This document shows, piece after piece, positions 11,513-25,336 of a stretch of DNA of 64,000 nucleotides. The DNA lies in assembly GCF_006345805.1 (NCBI RefSeq), contig NC_043008.1, positions 434,001 through 498,000 of the forward strand, read 5' to 3'. Each line of letters starts with the position of its first letter. Position 1 is the stretch's first letter. The DNA comes from Octopus sinensis. Lineage: Eukaryota. Made by a program: the position numbers and the translations under genes. The notes under the pieces were generated by a model. The model was not told where the DNA came from, did no database searches, and saw nothing but the letters and a program-made list of their open reading frames with translations.

Positions 11513-11818
11513 TCACTGCCTGGAATCGAACTCGAAACGGGCATATGGCGTAGTGGTTAAGAACGCAGACTACTAACCCCAAGATTCCGAATTCGATTCC
11601 AGGCAATGACCTGAATAATAATGGTGATAATAACAACATCGAAAAAAATACCTTAGGAATGAGAACCCAGGTTCGAAATTTCCCGAAGGCACCGATGAAG
11701 GCTGGAGGGTATATCAGCCGAAAACGTTGTGTTAACAACACACAAGATGAGGACAAATATCCGTCAAATGTAAATAATTCCTCATCTCTTAAATATAGAA
11801 CTGTATTGTCAAATTATT
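11300..11818. mobile_element. Head-to-head doublet of a tRNA-headed, hammerhead-bearing short element, with a 14-bp flanking direct repeat
   Basis: Inverted truncated copy 11314-11534 joined to a full copy 11539-11803. ATTGTCAAATTATT at 11300-11313 and 11805-11818. A box TGGCGTAGTGG 11546-11556; B-box-like GAATTCGATTCC 11589-11600. Confidence 0.85.
11353..11396 (-). ncRNA. Minimal hammerhead fold (C15.2 to G variant)
   Basis: Minus strand ACAC-CTGATGA-A-GGCTG[gagagtgtat]CAGCC-GAAAG-GTT-GTGT. Confidence 0.6.
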
Positions 11819-12204
11819 CTACCGAATCTTAAATTCATATTTCATATTCAGCTTGACGTGCCTGGTTGTTGTTCAGATCAACTGAAGTCGTTTCATTTTC
11901 TTTAAGTGGAATAAATTTATCTACTTTTTTAGCAGATTGGGCGATTACATAGAGATTCCCTTGCTGGTTAGCAAATTGCTATGAGTTCGAATTGCTCTTG
12001 TTCACGTTTTAATTTGTTTCTGAATAGACCACTTCCCCAGTCCATCTGGCTGTTAATAGGTACTTGATCAATTTGGTTCATCTTCAGTCTCTGAAGTTAT
12101 TTAATCATCACTATAGTTCGCTGTACTTTCTGCAAACTTCTTGCCGCTGCTTTCTATTAACTTACTTTATTTATTTTCTTGGTGTAATCTTCGTCACAAG
12201 TCCA

Positions 12205-12419
12205 TTCTTTTCTACTCTAGGCACAAGGCCCGAAATTTTGGGGGAGGCACCCAGTCGATTATATCGACTCCAGTACGCAACTGGTACTTAATTTATCGAC
12301 CCCGAAAGGATGAAAGGTAAATTCAACCTCGGTGAAATTGAACTCAGAACGTAAAGATAGACGAAATACTGCTAAGCATTTCGCCCGGCGTGCTAACGTT
12401 TCGGCCAGCTCGCCGCCTT
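12205..12419 (-). mobile_element. Family A SINE
   Basis: Full reverse-complement copy. Confidence 0.9.
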
Positions 12420-13074
12420 TTGTCACAATTCCATTTAATCGTATCTGCGACATGGTAATGATTTCGATGCTTCTTATCCTTTCAAAAAGGATTAATGCGT
12501 CTAATCTTTTTCCAAAGGATTAACAGCGTAGATGGTTTTAGCCTTCCTTTGGGAAAGTTATGAACATCACAGTAGCTATTCCTACTTTCCTTATACACAC
12601 CTGAAGATTTTTGCTTTTATCGATATTTACAATATTTGTACATGACTAGAGAAGAATATAACCGTGAAGACAACTTGCTATGACGGGTGGCTCTTTTGTC
12701 CAAATCTTACTGCATTTTACATGGAACTTTTGGCCTTCCAAAGTCGTTTTGGTGTGTAAGTCAACCTACATTTTTTGGCTGTAAATTTTGGCCTGCAAAA
12801 ATTTCGACTTGAACGCCAGAAAAAGTGTTATCTGCCACTTTTAATTTTTGCCTTACTGGAATAAACTTACCTTTATCAACAATTTACTGTCTGAAGCACT
12901 TTCGATTATCATCATCATCGTCGCTTAATATTACTTCATCCATAATGTTGAACTTGCTTCTCAACCTGTAATGTTATCGTTCCTTGTTCTAAAAATAGTA
13001 TTTGACAAGACTTTGTAAACGAAACAGAACTTTTAATTGTACATTCTGTATGTCTACTTTGAATATGTATATAT

Positions 13075-13405
13075 CTATGGTCCAGTGGTTAGGGCAGCGG
13101 ACTCGCGGTTTCGATTCCCGGACCGGAACACCTAAAGCTCCACGAGGCTTCGGCAGGGTGGTATCGAACCCTGCTGTACTCGTTCACCACAACTTTCTCT
13201 TACTCTTTCTTCCTGTTTCTGTTGTACCTGTATTTCAAAGGGGCCAGCCTTGTCACACTCTGTGTCATGCTGAATCTCCCTGAGAACTACGTTAAGGGTA
13301 CACGTGTCTGTGGAGTGCTCAGCCACTTGCACATTAATTTCACGAGCAGGCTGTTCCGTTGATCGGATCAACTGGAACCCTTGTCGTCGTAACCGACGGA
13401 GTACC
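13075..13405 (+). mobile_element. Family D-headed SINE with the long family C tail
   Basis: Head as at 4040; tail GAGAACTACGTTAAGGGTACACGTG...GTCGTAACCGACGGAGT as at 63626-63945. Confidence 0.9.
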
Positions 13406-13429
13406 ACACACACACACTTCTTTCTTACC

Positions 13430-14023
13430 TTTCCTGAGCATCCTATAACGCTATACTTGTTCCACGTCCTCGCGTTGTTGTGTTTTCTCTTTTTCATGTT
13501 TGGATTAACTATATATATATATATTTGTTTCGTATACATTCGATGTTTTTGTCTCAAGGAATCTAATGCTCTTAGCTTAGTTTTTCTTTGGCGCTTGCCA
13601 GATTAGAGCAATCTCAGGATTAATCAGCCGAAATTACGAGGATGATCCGGTTCTTGGCTGAATATAAAAGGCTTCGAATGACCCGTCCGTATTTTTTTGT
13701 ATCATTTGTTTGGATGTTTTATTGTCCCTTTTTGTATCACCTAGTTGTCCGGATGTTTTGCGTTCTTGTCCCATTTTGTATCATATATATATATGTATAT
13801 ATATATAAACACGCTAGAGTTGAACTAGGGACAGCTGATGAAGGGGATTTTTCCTTGTGTAGCTTGTCTTGTACCCTGTTTTTTTCGTTTAGGTCCGTTT
13901 CCACGTTTGTTTTTACGTTTTCGTTTCTCGTTGAGTTCTACGTCTATTTGCGGTGTCCTGTACTTACGTATATATATTTATATATGCATGTATATATATA
14001 TATATGTAGATGTAGGTACGTAC

Positions 14024-14056
<33 letters not shown>

Positions 14057-14070
14057 TGCATATATTTTAT
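13430..14070 (+). mobile_element. Composite of Penelope-like terminal-repeat fragments
   Basis: 13430-13510 matches 31800-31900 (minus); 13620-13790 resembles 32070-32230; 13810-14060 matches 30870-31130 (minus). Confidence 0.6.
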
Positions 14071-14076
14071 TTATTA

Positions 14077-14126
<50 letters not shown>

Positions 14127-15514
14127 TTTTGTGTGTAAGCAAATAGTAACGCAGTTAATATAATATTCTGATGCGTTCTTACACGAGTTAAGCAATCAAA
14201 AGTTGGTTTGCAGCCTCAGCCATGTTATATAGCTCCAATGATTGCCAATGTCGACGAATTCATTACAAACAAAAATAAGCAAGAAGACAAAAGAGAAAAA
14301 TAACGAAGTCAACAAAATAATTTCAAGTTTCAACAATTTTATTTAATCTTATTTTTTTGTAGTTTTTTTTTTTTGTTATATTTTTCAGTCTTGTACAGAA
14401 ACTCGAGGGGTCACCACGAGATATATTGCATTGAAGGTGCATAGTTTTCATGATTCTTTCATTTCATCAAACATACTTCACACATTCCATATGATATACA
14501 TAATATATATATGCATATATATGTACATGTATATACACACACATACATATATACACTTATATATATACAGGTATCATTATCATTTGCAACAAATGGAGTC
14601 ACATTCCATGAACAATAATTTAAGAAGGCGAAGGGAAAATATGAAAAAAAAAGACGGTTTTTTCCCCCTTATTAATATGTTCTTCATTTTCTTTCACCTC
14701 ATTCCTCATTCATTATATGTACAATATAAGCTTACAAAAAAAAAACATATGCAGAAAGCTTTATTATCACACAAGTCAAATTCCTCAATATCATCACAGC
14801 TTCTCGGCAGAAGGTACCGTCACAAAAGCACCAGACCGAATATGAAAAACGAAAAAGAATTTTTTAAATTGGGGAAAATAAAAATAAATAAAGTGTTTGG
14901 TTTATTTTATACCAGGGATTTTTGAAATAGGGCTGACGCATGTCTTTCATTATTATTATTATTATTATTATTGCTATTACTACTATTTTCATAAGTAATG
15001 AAAACCAAATGGGAGTGATAGAGGGAAAATTTCATTCTAAAACCTAACTTTTCAGGGGTGGAAGGAGCCGGTGTGTATACACATACACTTAATATGTTTA
15101 TATATAAACATATGCACGCACTCATATAAGACTCTTTCATAACAGGGAAAAATTTAGAACACAGCTGACTCATAAATTGTGAGACAAACCGTGTCTGAAA
15201 TGGGGGGGAAAAGTAGGGGAAAAGTGTGTGCGCGCGCGCGCTTGAATGTCTGATTAAATAATTGCATTATGTCTCTAACCCTTCCCCCATCACTACTACA
15301 CATTCTGTCTAGAAATCTTCGCGCATTTTCTATGTCAGACTCTCTATAACATACATTCTTAAAATTATCTTTGTTTTTTTATCACTACATAATTTTATAA
15401 AAGAGCGATAAGAATTCATTCTTACGTTGACGATAAATAAAATAACCCCATTTTGGAGTAAAATGTCGGTAACGGCCTTAGCAGAGACCCAATAATAGAA
15501 CAGATCAAGAGAAT

Positions 15515-15583
<69 letters not shown>

Positions 15584-15849
15584 GTATATGTCTGTATGTC
15601 TATGAAGAAATGCGAAGACACTAATTTCCTAATCCTAGAATTTCAGTTATCTTTCTCTTTCGGTTTAGACGTAATATAGTATTACATCTTTTTTTTTTTA
15701 AACATGAAAGCGAAAAATATGCCATGTGGAGTTTTACTATGTGGGAGTGAAGGAAAAGATGTAGTTACTTCCCGCATCTTGCAGCTTCATCGCCGCCTAT
15801 GACTAACTACCATTGACACAACACTCATACACACACACACACATACACA

Positions 15850-16500
15850 CACGCAAGCACGCACGCATGCGAACAGAGACCGCTCACTACCAAACATGCT
15901 ATCTCTATATCGACATGTAAGTAGTAAATAATAAAAGTCTATAAAACCGTGTGTGTGTGTGTGTGTAAAGCGCAGTAACTATGTGCGTGCGCCATGTCTG
16001 CAGAAGCCCCTTTCCAACCCTAAACCGGAGTCACGAGGAAGCCGAAAAATCGATATATCAGTAGTTGCTAGGCAACCACAGCACACTGGCAATCATCATT
16101 ATCAGCAATGGTAACAGCAGCAGCAGCAGCAGACGCGGCCATTGCACACAGCCAATGAGTATATTCGCGCCAGAATGATAACTGTTACTATATATGGCAA
16201 TTGGTGCGCTAACTGCCTTCTCATATTGAAGTGCATTTACTTAGCTCTACGCACACACACACACACATATATATATATGTATATATACATACACACACAT
16301 ACTTATAGTTTCTGCTGATTCTACTACTACTACTATTACTACAACTACAAATAATGGTTGGAATATAAATGTAAAGAAAGAAAGACTGATAAAGGTTGCT
16401 GTCTAGGAGCATGTCTACGTAGCCACACACACACACACACACACGCAGAAAGCAGGCTCATATTGAGACGACAGATTAGTTCCGTAGTAGCCAATGGAGA
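15850..16500. promoter_or_regulatory. Promoter-like cluster: RFX X-box, CCAAT boxes, CpG-richer sequence
   Basis: GTTGCTAGGCAAC at 16064-16076 (palindromic X-box); AGCCAATG near 16150 and 16490; CGCATGCG near 15865; more CpG than the flanks. Confidence 0.5.
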
Positions 16501-16617
16501 AAAGAATATTGAGCGTTCATGAAAGCGTAATTTTAAAAATATGTAATTTCATATGGAATAGGGTTCAACGTAAATAACGTACAAATTGTCTTGTAAAAAC
16601 AACGGTACAAGAACAAT

Positions 16618-16656
<39 letters not shown>

Positions 16657-16837
16657 CAAGGCTCTTTTACAACCGCGAGCTGTGATGACATCTTTTATCA
16701 CTGTTCTCATACCATCTTCAGTGCTTGTTACTTGTGACTAATTGTGTGATCATTTATATATATATATGTTTATATAAATATATATATGTATATATAAATA
16801 TATATATATGCTTATATAAATATATGTATATATATAT

Positions 16838-16893
<56 letters not shown>

Positions 16894-19768
16894 GTGTATA
16901 TATATATATATATGTATATGATACACAAGAGCACATACATATGCATATACTCTCAAATAATAATTTAAATGACAAATTTGCCCATTCACTCATTATTTAC
17001 ACAACAGGATGCATTGGTCCCAATTTTACAATGAATTCAATATAATTATGTTGTTATTTTTTTTATATATAATTTTCCTCTCCTTTTTTTTTCAAGAATT
17101 TCATGAACTGGAGAGAGAGAGAGAGAGAGTGTGTGGGACAAGGTGAAATATCTGTGTAGTAATGAAAATATAAGACAAAGCCTCTTATTTAATCTTGAAT
17201 GAAACAAGAATTAAAAGGACAAGTGAGCAAGAATTAATGATCTAAAAAAAAAAACGTATTACATTTTATATATGTTGGACACGAATGTAACACTGACATA
17301 CAAAACTGTCAGATTAGCATAAGAACAAAAAAAAATTGATAATAATAGTTATAATGACAATATTGCTGCGACATAAGAAAATTTGGAGCATTGAAGCAGC
17401 ATTGGAAATGTTTATTAGATTTAGAAAAGAATGGTTTAAAAAAAAAAAGAAAAAATAAGAAAATGGCGGTGGAATGATATCAGAATGTAAGGCGGAACTT
17501 TTGTTAATTACGGACAGAAAATTTTAGCTGTCAAGCTTTTTTGTTTTAATTTAATTTTTGTCAAAAAGGACAAATGTTTTAGGCCGAAAATGTGCGTAAA
17601 ATTCTGTGATACGTCACCAACAAAGTGTCTGACATGTGAAGTGACAGTTCCAAAGGTCTGTCCGAGTGTTCAGAACTAGCACCAAACTAACATTGGAACA
17701 TTCATCAATCTCAATCAGTCTTTAAAAAGCCCAGTGGTCTTTCTTTCTAAATTTAACTTAATAATTCTCGATAGAATTTTCGAGAAGCCGCCAAAATCTG
17801 GAATTATATGAAGATTGTCAAAGCTTAAAAGGGGACGATGCAGAACGGAAAGAATTCAGCAGTTGGCTGGTTCTATGAAAGATCTCTGCAAAAAGTTGAT
17901 CCATGGTGAAAATGAAATGGCTAAACTAGACGAGGAAAGTTAGTTAAGTTGAGTTAGTCTCTGACCAGTGAAATAACTGGGACAAGGGTCAGCAGTAAAA
18001 CAGCCTGTATTTACTATAATCGAACTAATCCCAAGGGATTCCTTTTAATCCCTCCTTCCCATTGAAAATTCTATCAGCCAGTAATCATTGCCATGAATTC
18101 ACTATATAATTAAGCCGAACGAAGAGTGGTTATTTGCTTGATTGTAATAAACTAGATAAAAACCGCACTGAAACACACAAACTAAATCTGTTAATCTAAT
18201 CTCAGTTAGCAAAGGTGTGTTTTCTTTTTGGCTTTTTTTTTTTCTCTCACTAAGTAATTCGCTTGACTAAAACCTGAATCCTACAGATTAGAGGCTTGAG
18301 AATACAATAATCAAATAGAGAGCTCAGTAGCTGCTTCCAATGAAATGGAAGCGTTTAGCAACAGAAATATAACTATGTATATGTAAGAAATACGTGTAAC
18401 ACTTTCTCTCTGAAAGAGAAACAGATGTGATACTCTCACACAAACACACACATAGACCTTCAAAGCAGGCAGATGCGCACACTCACTGTTGTCAAGAACA
18501 TAGTGTAAGATAGGAGCCAGCTGCATTTACAGCATTAACTGCACTTGTGATCTTGAAGGGGTTCCATACACCCACTCCTCCTACACAAAAACTCCGAAAT
18601 TATCTCCCTTCGTTACTGAATACTCAATATATATAGATAACGGTTTTGTTTCTTTATTAACGTTTGTTAGTATTTTTCCGCCTTCTGAGGCCAAATATCA
18701 ATATTAAAATAGCTCATTCGTGCGCGGAACACGGAAAGAGGGATATTGATATCGGCTTTTAAAAAAGTTTTTGAAATATTTAAAGCTAAATTGTTGAACC
18801 AATATTGAGTTTAATTGAATAACTTCCAACGTAAACGAATTCGTATAATATATAAAATCTCATTCTCACACTAAGCAGTGTTCTTTTGCTTTGAATGGCT
18901 GAGCTCTTTAGGGGTTCACCCCCTTCTCTTTTTCTCTCCTCATCCTTCTCGCTCTTCAAAAGGTAAAAAAACGGTTGGTATGAAACCATTGTACGAGTCT
19001 GAAAAGCCAACAGAGAGGGCGAGGACCTAATAACAGAAGGCAGTGAGGTATAATTTGTACAAATAAGAAGATTCTATAAAAATATATATTGATAAATATA
19101 CAATCCAGAACGTTCATAGTTCTATATCCTCATATCAAAAAGAAAAAAAACATAGGGGTGAGGGATCGCAAGCCCTTCAACAAAGACGAGGAGGAAGTAT
19201 TTGATGATCCACAAGGAAACCCATATTTCCAAGCCCAACCCTAACCCATGAATAAAAAATAATAAATAAAAACTGTCTGATCCCAAGAATTTTTTTTTTT
19301 AATTCCATCCCCAACTACAAACTAGAAGTTCCTAAGAAGCACCGGCGAAATATCCGACTCCCGCGGGGGGGGAAAAAGAGAGATTTAACAGAAGAATATA
19401 AGTGGAAATGTCAATAGAAAACCTTAAAAATTCAGGTTGATTGTCACAATTATTGACCTACAAGGCAAAAGCAGCCGTCAAATTTTGGTTGACTTCCAAG
19501 TCAAAATGTGACCGTCAAACGATATCAGTCAGTCAACAGAGAAAGTGCAGACAGAATTAATGGAATTCACAAGTTCACTGCCAAAACCTCTGCTGCATCA
19601 GTTCTTTAATTCGGAAAAATAGCCTAGACTATATATCATAAATTCTCCCCATCTCTGCTCATCTTGCTTAAACCAACTTTTGCGATAACTAACCTCTTCA
19701 TCACGATATACATATACATACATACATATATCATATATATAATATATATACATATATATATCTATATA

Positions 19769-19806
<38 letters not shown>

Positions 19807-22163
19807 TATACACATATACATATGTAATATAAGTTATGTTAATTAATGTTATGTGTATGTATATTGCTGCTCAATAAAGTTGGGAAGGACTTTTTACTAG
19901 CGCAGATTTTGACTTATAAAAAAGACAGACGATATAACGTTTAAAAAAAATGTAGCGAAAAGCGTTCATACAATTTTTGCTTGTTCTTGAGAGAGAAAAA
20001 TAGAATTTTATGATCACACTCCCCAGATAATTGACGAAATGAATGGTCATAGTAATAATAATAATAATAATAATATGTTGATCTAATACATTCTTACATT
20101 AGCTTGGCGCCTAAAGTGTTCAGGTGTAGGCCGATACATTCACGCCTTCAACTCTCAAGAGCATTTAAGCGACGTAACTCGTCTCGTCTCAACTGGAGAA
20201 CGAAACCGGGGCTGTAACTCAGTCAGTAAAGATTTTACCGAAGCACCACGGCGTTCAGCATTGTAATGTTAATTAGTAATTAATTAATAAATAATAATAA
20301 TAATAATAATGCAATTGTAAGTTACTGCATTTTGAAGAGAGTGCGGTGTATTTGGATAATAAGCAAGATACGTATATTAATGGAATTTAAATAGGTGAAT
20401 ATCTTTTAGAAAGGGAGGAAATAGGAAATAATAACAACAATAACAATTATATTGATGTTAATTTGTGGATGGCGATTGTAGTGATGGTTATGATGATGAT
20501 GATGATGATAACGATAACAATGTTAACTGTGATAATAATGATAATGATTATGATGATGATGGTTATGAATTTTTAAACTGCCGCAAAATTAAAATTCAAA
20601 ATATCAACATCATTTATGTAGGTTTTTTTTTTTTAAATGTGAAAAAAATACATTATCAATATTATCATTATGCATTAATTTCTTTTCTGACTAGACAGAC
20701 ACAAAGAGAGTGGTATGCTATTATAAGCCAATAGAATCAACTCTGGATATTACTGGTACTTGTGTAGATATGAAATGGCTGGAATCGATCGGGAAAACGA
20801 ACCGGCAACTAACTCAGACACAGACATATTGGTCTTTGCTAAACAATGTCGACGCGTGTAAGAATAGCACCGAAAATCCCAATTGATCGAAGTAATCAGC
20901 TTATACATCAGGCTCTAATTAATTTCATTTTATATATATAATTAATTATGTTGATAGATGGTATATAATGAATTTAGTTTAAGTAAATAAATTAAAAGAT
21001 GGTGTATAGCTCAGACAGTATCGAGGATAGTTTCATAAATATGTTTTTAATGATTGATTGATTGATAATATTGATAAATGTAATGATAATGATAATAATG
21101 ATAATTTATAATAGTAATCGTGGTGGTGATTATCAGCCTTATATATAACAATGTTCAACAAAAGATATATATATTTATATATAATATATATATAATATAC
21201 ATGTATAAATACACACACGCACACACATATATATACATATATATTATATTATTATTCAAATTCAATAATTATGAAAAAATAAAATAGCAAGCAAAACAAC
21301 GTCCAAACTGAATATCGTAATGAATACACTTTGGTAGAAATACCGTTTTCTGTAAAAAAAAAAAAAATCCCTCCAAGACGTAAAGATTGTTTGGAAGGGG
21401 AAAATTGGTGAAAAATGTGAAGGGATCATATTACATGTATATATCTTATAATGTACATATAAATACTTATTATAATTATATATTATAATAGATATGAAAA
21501 ATTAATTAAAATTGCATTGATTTTGTTTAGAAAGAAAGAGTACTAAACAGAATGGGGTGGGGGAATGAAAAAAATTCTGAGTGAATATTACCAAAGGAAT
21601 GCTTAAAGGAAAAAAAAATCACTAAAAAAATATAAATATTGGGAAAAAAAATTCATGTTATATAAGAAAAATTTCTTTAAATGAATTTAATTTTTAATGG
21701 TCAATATGTTTTTTTTTTAATTTTTCTCTTCACATTTTTAACAATTTTCGGTGAAAATATTTCATCCAAATTTTTCGTCTTTTCTCAGAGTAAAAAAAAT
21801 AGATTAATATTATAATTAATATATGCAAGTATATACATATATACATATGTATATATATCACATATCTTTTACTTTTTTTATGTCAGATGTATGCAGTTTT
21901 GGATATTTATTCTTTTATTTTTTGTTATGGTTATACAATATTTGTATATGCATGTTTGTGTGGGTGTGTGGATGTGATGCACATTTGTATAATTTTATTG
22001 TATTTTTATGCATGTCTGTGTGTGTAAGTGTGTGTATCGTGTATTTTGTCATATTTTATGTAATGTGTATGTGTGTAAGTGTAAGCTCACACATCATATA
22101 GCAGATGAAAAAAAATTCTGGAAGCAGAATTAAACGCTGTGGCAACCATTCATCTCCCAAAGA

Positions 22164-22201
<38 letters not shown>

Positions 22202-25200
22202 TAGTAGTAGTAGTAGTAGTAGTTACCTATTCAATTCATTGAACTTTTCCCATTAACATTAGACAGAGATAGATAGGGAGGGATGAGAGAGAGAGAGAGA
22301 GGGTGAACATGACATTGCTGACATATTCTCAGCTATGTAAACCTAGGAAAACATTGAAGGGCAGAGAGGATACAAAGAGAGAGAGAGTGAATGCTAGAAA
22401 GGCAAGTATTTTTGAAAGGAGACGAACTCCCAGATCGTAGAATACATGCAGCAGCAGCAGAGAAAGTGAAGATGGGGAGTGGGGAATGTAGGGGATGCTA
22501 CAACGTCTATCCGTGAATGACACAAACTTGAAACAGCTTGTTCATTACACTAAATTACACACACACATACACATACGTACAGTTAGTATGAGATGTGTGT
22601 GTTTCTATATTCTATAGACCTTTGACATCCTAGAATGACCTTTATGTAAGGTAAGTGTCTAGGTATAGAGATAGAAAGAACGATTGAGAAAGAAAGCGAA
22701 AGCCCTAAATTTTTTGGGAGGGAAAATGCTATGATATAGCTCCTGCTACTGACTGATATTACTACTACCCCTACTACTGCTATTACTACATGGGCATGAA
22801 GGGAAGATAGGGATACAACCTAAAATAGCTACGACTAAGATGTGAGACTGGGATGTAAGTAAAGTCAACTTGCGCACCAACCTCAAACGTAGCAGTGCTA
22901 TTCAGGGATGCGATGTTGTGATGGTTATGGCACCTCTGCGGTGTGAGCCAATGTGTGTTTGTTGTGGATAAGTGCGTGGTTGCTCGAGTGAACGTGTATG
23001 GATTTGTATTGTGAAGTGTTTTGCTGCTTGAGATTTTCCATACGGATTTGATCTTTCCCCACTGATTCCGCCTTCCGAGTATGAAACAAAATAAAACTGG
23101 AAGGTAGAATTAAAAAAAAAATGGGGGTAAAGAATCCCTTTTTTTTTCCTCCTCCTCCATATGGAAAACTAAAAAAAAAAAATTTGTTAAAAAAATTTTT
23201 CTTATCAAGTTTCGGGCGAAACGTAAAACCAAGTAAGTACGTAAACACTCCCTGACTTGGAATGGGAACTTATCCCCTTGGCCCATTGCGCCACTCTAAT
23301 AATAAATTTTCAGTAATAATAATAATAATAATTAATAATAATATTAATATTAATAATGATAATAATAACAATAATAATCACTTTGGTCTGTTGTTAAAAC
23401 GGACCGAGTGAAATTAACTGACTTCCTTAGAGCAGTAACATTGTTAATTTTTGCCTGTGTCTTGTAAGGTAGGTATTGCATCAGCAGTTGTTTTTTTTTG
23501 TAATTTGCTTGACAGTTTTTTTCCTGTCAATACTAACGAGAAAGAAAAACAGTAAACAAATATAAATAAACGATTTAGTTATTATTTTCTAATTATTGTA
23601 TTAAGATAATGACAATGATATTGAAGGTCAGTAGAGAACTTTGGACCAAGATTGCCATAGAAAAAGAAAAAGAGAAAAAAATTAAGTGCCCGATCGTCTT
23701 AGTTGATTTCTTCCTCTACCCACTACTCTCTCGCTCTCTTGCGTTTTTTTTTCGCTTGCTAGTCGCCTTCCCCTCCGCCTTGTAAGCAACTACTACCTTT
23801 ACTAGTAGTAGTAGTAGTAGCACCAGCACCACCATCGCTAAGCGCGGACGGTGTGCAGGTGGAGACAGGGAAAAAGATGCGGCAACTCGACCGAACTTGT
23901 CTGCCTTTTTAATTACAACTTCTAACGCGCCAGACAGCTTGTTCTCACGGAACAAGCAGAGAGAGTGAGAGGGGGGGGGATTAAAGAGTGAGAGTGAGAC
24001 AGAGAGAGAGAAGAAGTGGGAGGGTGATCGCTGGGATTACCACCACCACCACCACCACCCTCACTGTTCTTTTCCCTCACATTTTCCATTGAAAACACAA
24101 AACTCAAATTTACACCTACACTAATGTTTACATACATGTAAGAACATATATAAATATACATATATATATATAAATATATATATATATACACACATTTAAA
24201 TTAATGCCTGATACATTTTTGGTCACTATAACAGACTATATTTAATAGTACTGATACATTCTAATATGTACGTATTTATATATATATATATATAAATATA
24301 TATACATTTATATGTAACGTACAAAAAATGCATATACTTGTATAGATGGTCCCATTAGTAATGTCCGGGCTAGTATCATGCATAAAAACGACCCAGTGTC
24401 TGATTATGAACAACAGGGAGATGTGAGCTATTAATGTAATGTATAGAGAAAAAAAACACAAGAGGAAGCAACTGCGATTGATGTATATATATATATATAT
24501 ATACAAATATGTATGTATATATATTATGGGCACTAACATTTTAAACATATTTCTCTGACAATCGATAAAAAAAATGATAATAGAATAACGGGGCTGCCGT
24601 CCCCCACCGTATGAAAATATATTAGAAAAAAAAAGATAAAATGAAACGGACGGGAATGAACTTCTGGCGTGCAGTCGAGGCAGCGTGGCAAAAAAAAAAT
24701 ATATATGTATGTATATATATAATATATATAACAATAAAATAAAGTAAAATAAAAAATTCTGTAGCTGACCCTGAAGAGGGGCAACTCAACATCTGATGAA
24801 GGAACTCACCGAGCATTAGTCAAATTGATTTCGACACGACATCACACGGAGTCTCTCGTTTGTTGTCTGTCTGATCGAGGAGACCAGGCTGATGTTGATA
24901 CTTATGGAGTGTCCGTGGTAAACGAATACATATATACAAAACATACATAAGATATATGTAGGCTTTTTACATATATAAACAATAGTAACATAACGATATA
25001 CATAGACTTTTAACCAACGGGATCACTTACTTTGTATAAATATCATTTTAAGGAAAGAGTCAGAAGTTAGAATTTCTCAAGCATGAGTCTTTCTGCTTTG
25101 TTTGTTTGGGTTTTTTTTTTTTCCACGTTGAAAAATATACATACATACACACGCATATTCAAAATATGTTGATGTGCGTAGATATTGCACTTTTCTCGTT

Positions 25201-25336
25201 TCAAAAAAGTCTCCTCTTTTCCTCCTCGTTCTTCCACAGTGCCTTTTCCCCCATTCAGTAGAAGTGGAATCTGTAGTTACCTTCTCTTCCTCGTTGTTAT
25301 AATTTAAAAAAAAAAATACCAAACCTATTTCTTTCT

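Noticed and set aside
11539-11612. tRNA-like sequences here and at 4040, 9600, 54367, 63626 and others
   Set aside because: SINE heads: no complete cloverleaf, and each continues into a repeat body.
13825-13860. CTGATGAAGGGG..CCTT here and at 31085-31105 (minus)
   Set aside because: Stem II-like pairing but no downstream GAAA; not called a ribozyme.
17780-17880. Frame ...DDAERKEFSSWLVL resembling a Helitron/PIF1 helicase motif
   Set aside because: Too short, with no other helicase motifs nearby.
19236-19248. CCCTAACCC telomere-like word
   Set aside because: Single occurrence, no array.
24760-24810. CTGAAGA and CTGATGA words resembling hammerhead cores
   Set aside because: No correctly placed GAAA, NUH or stem pairing.
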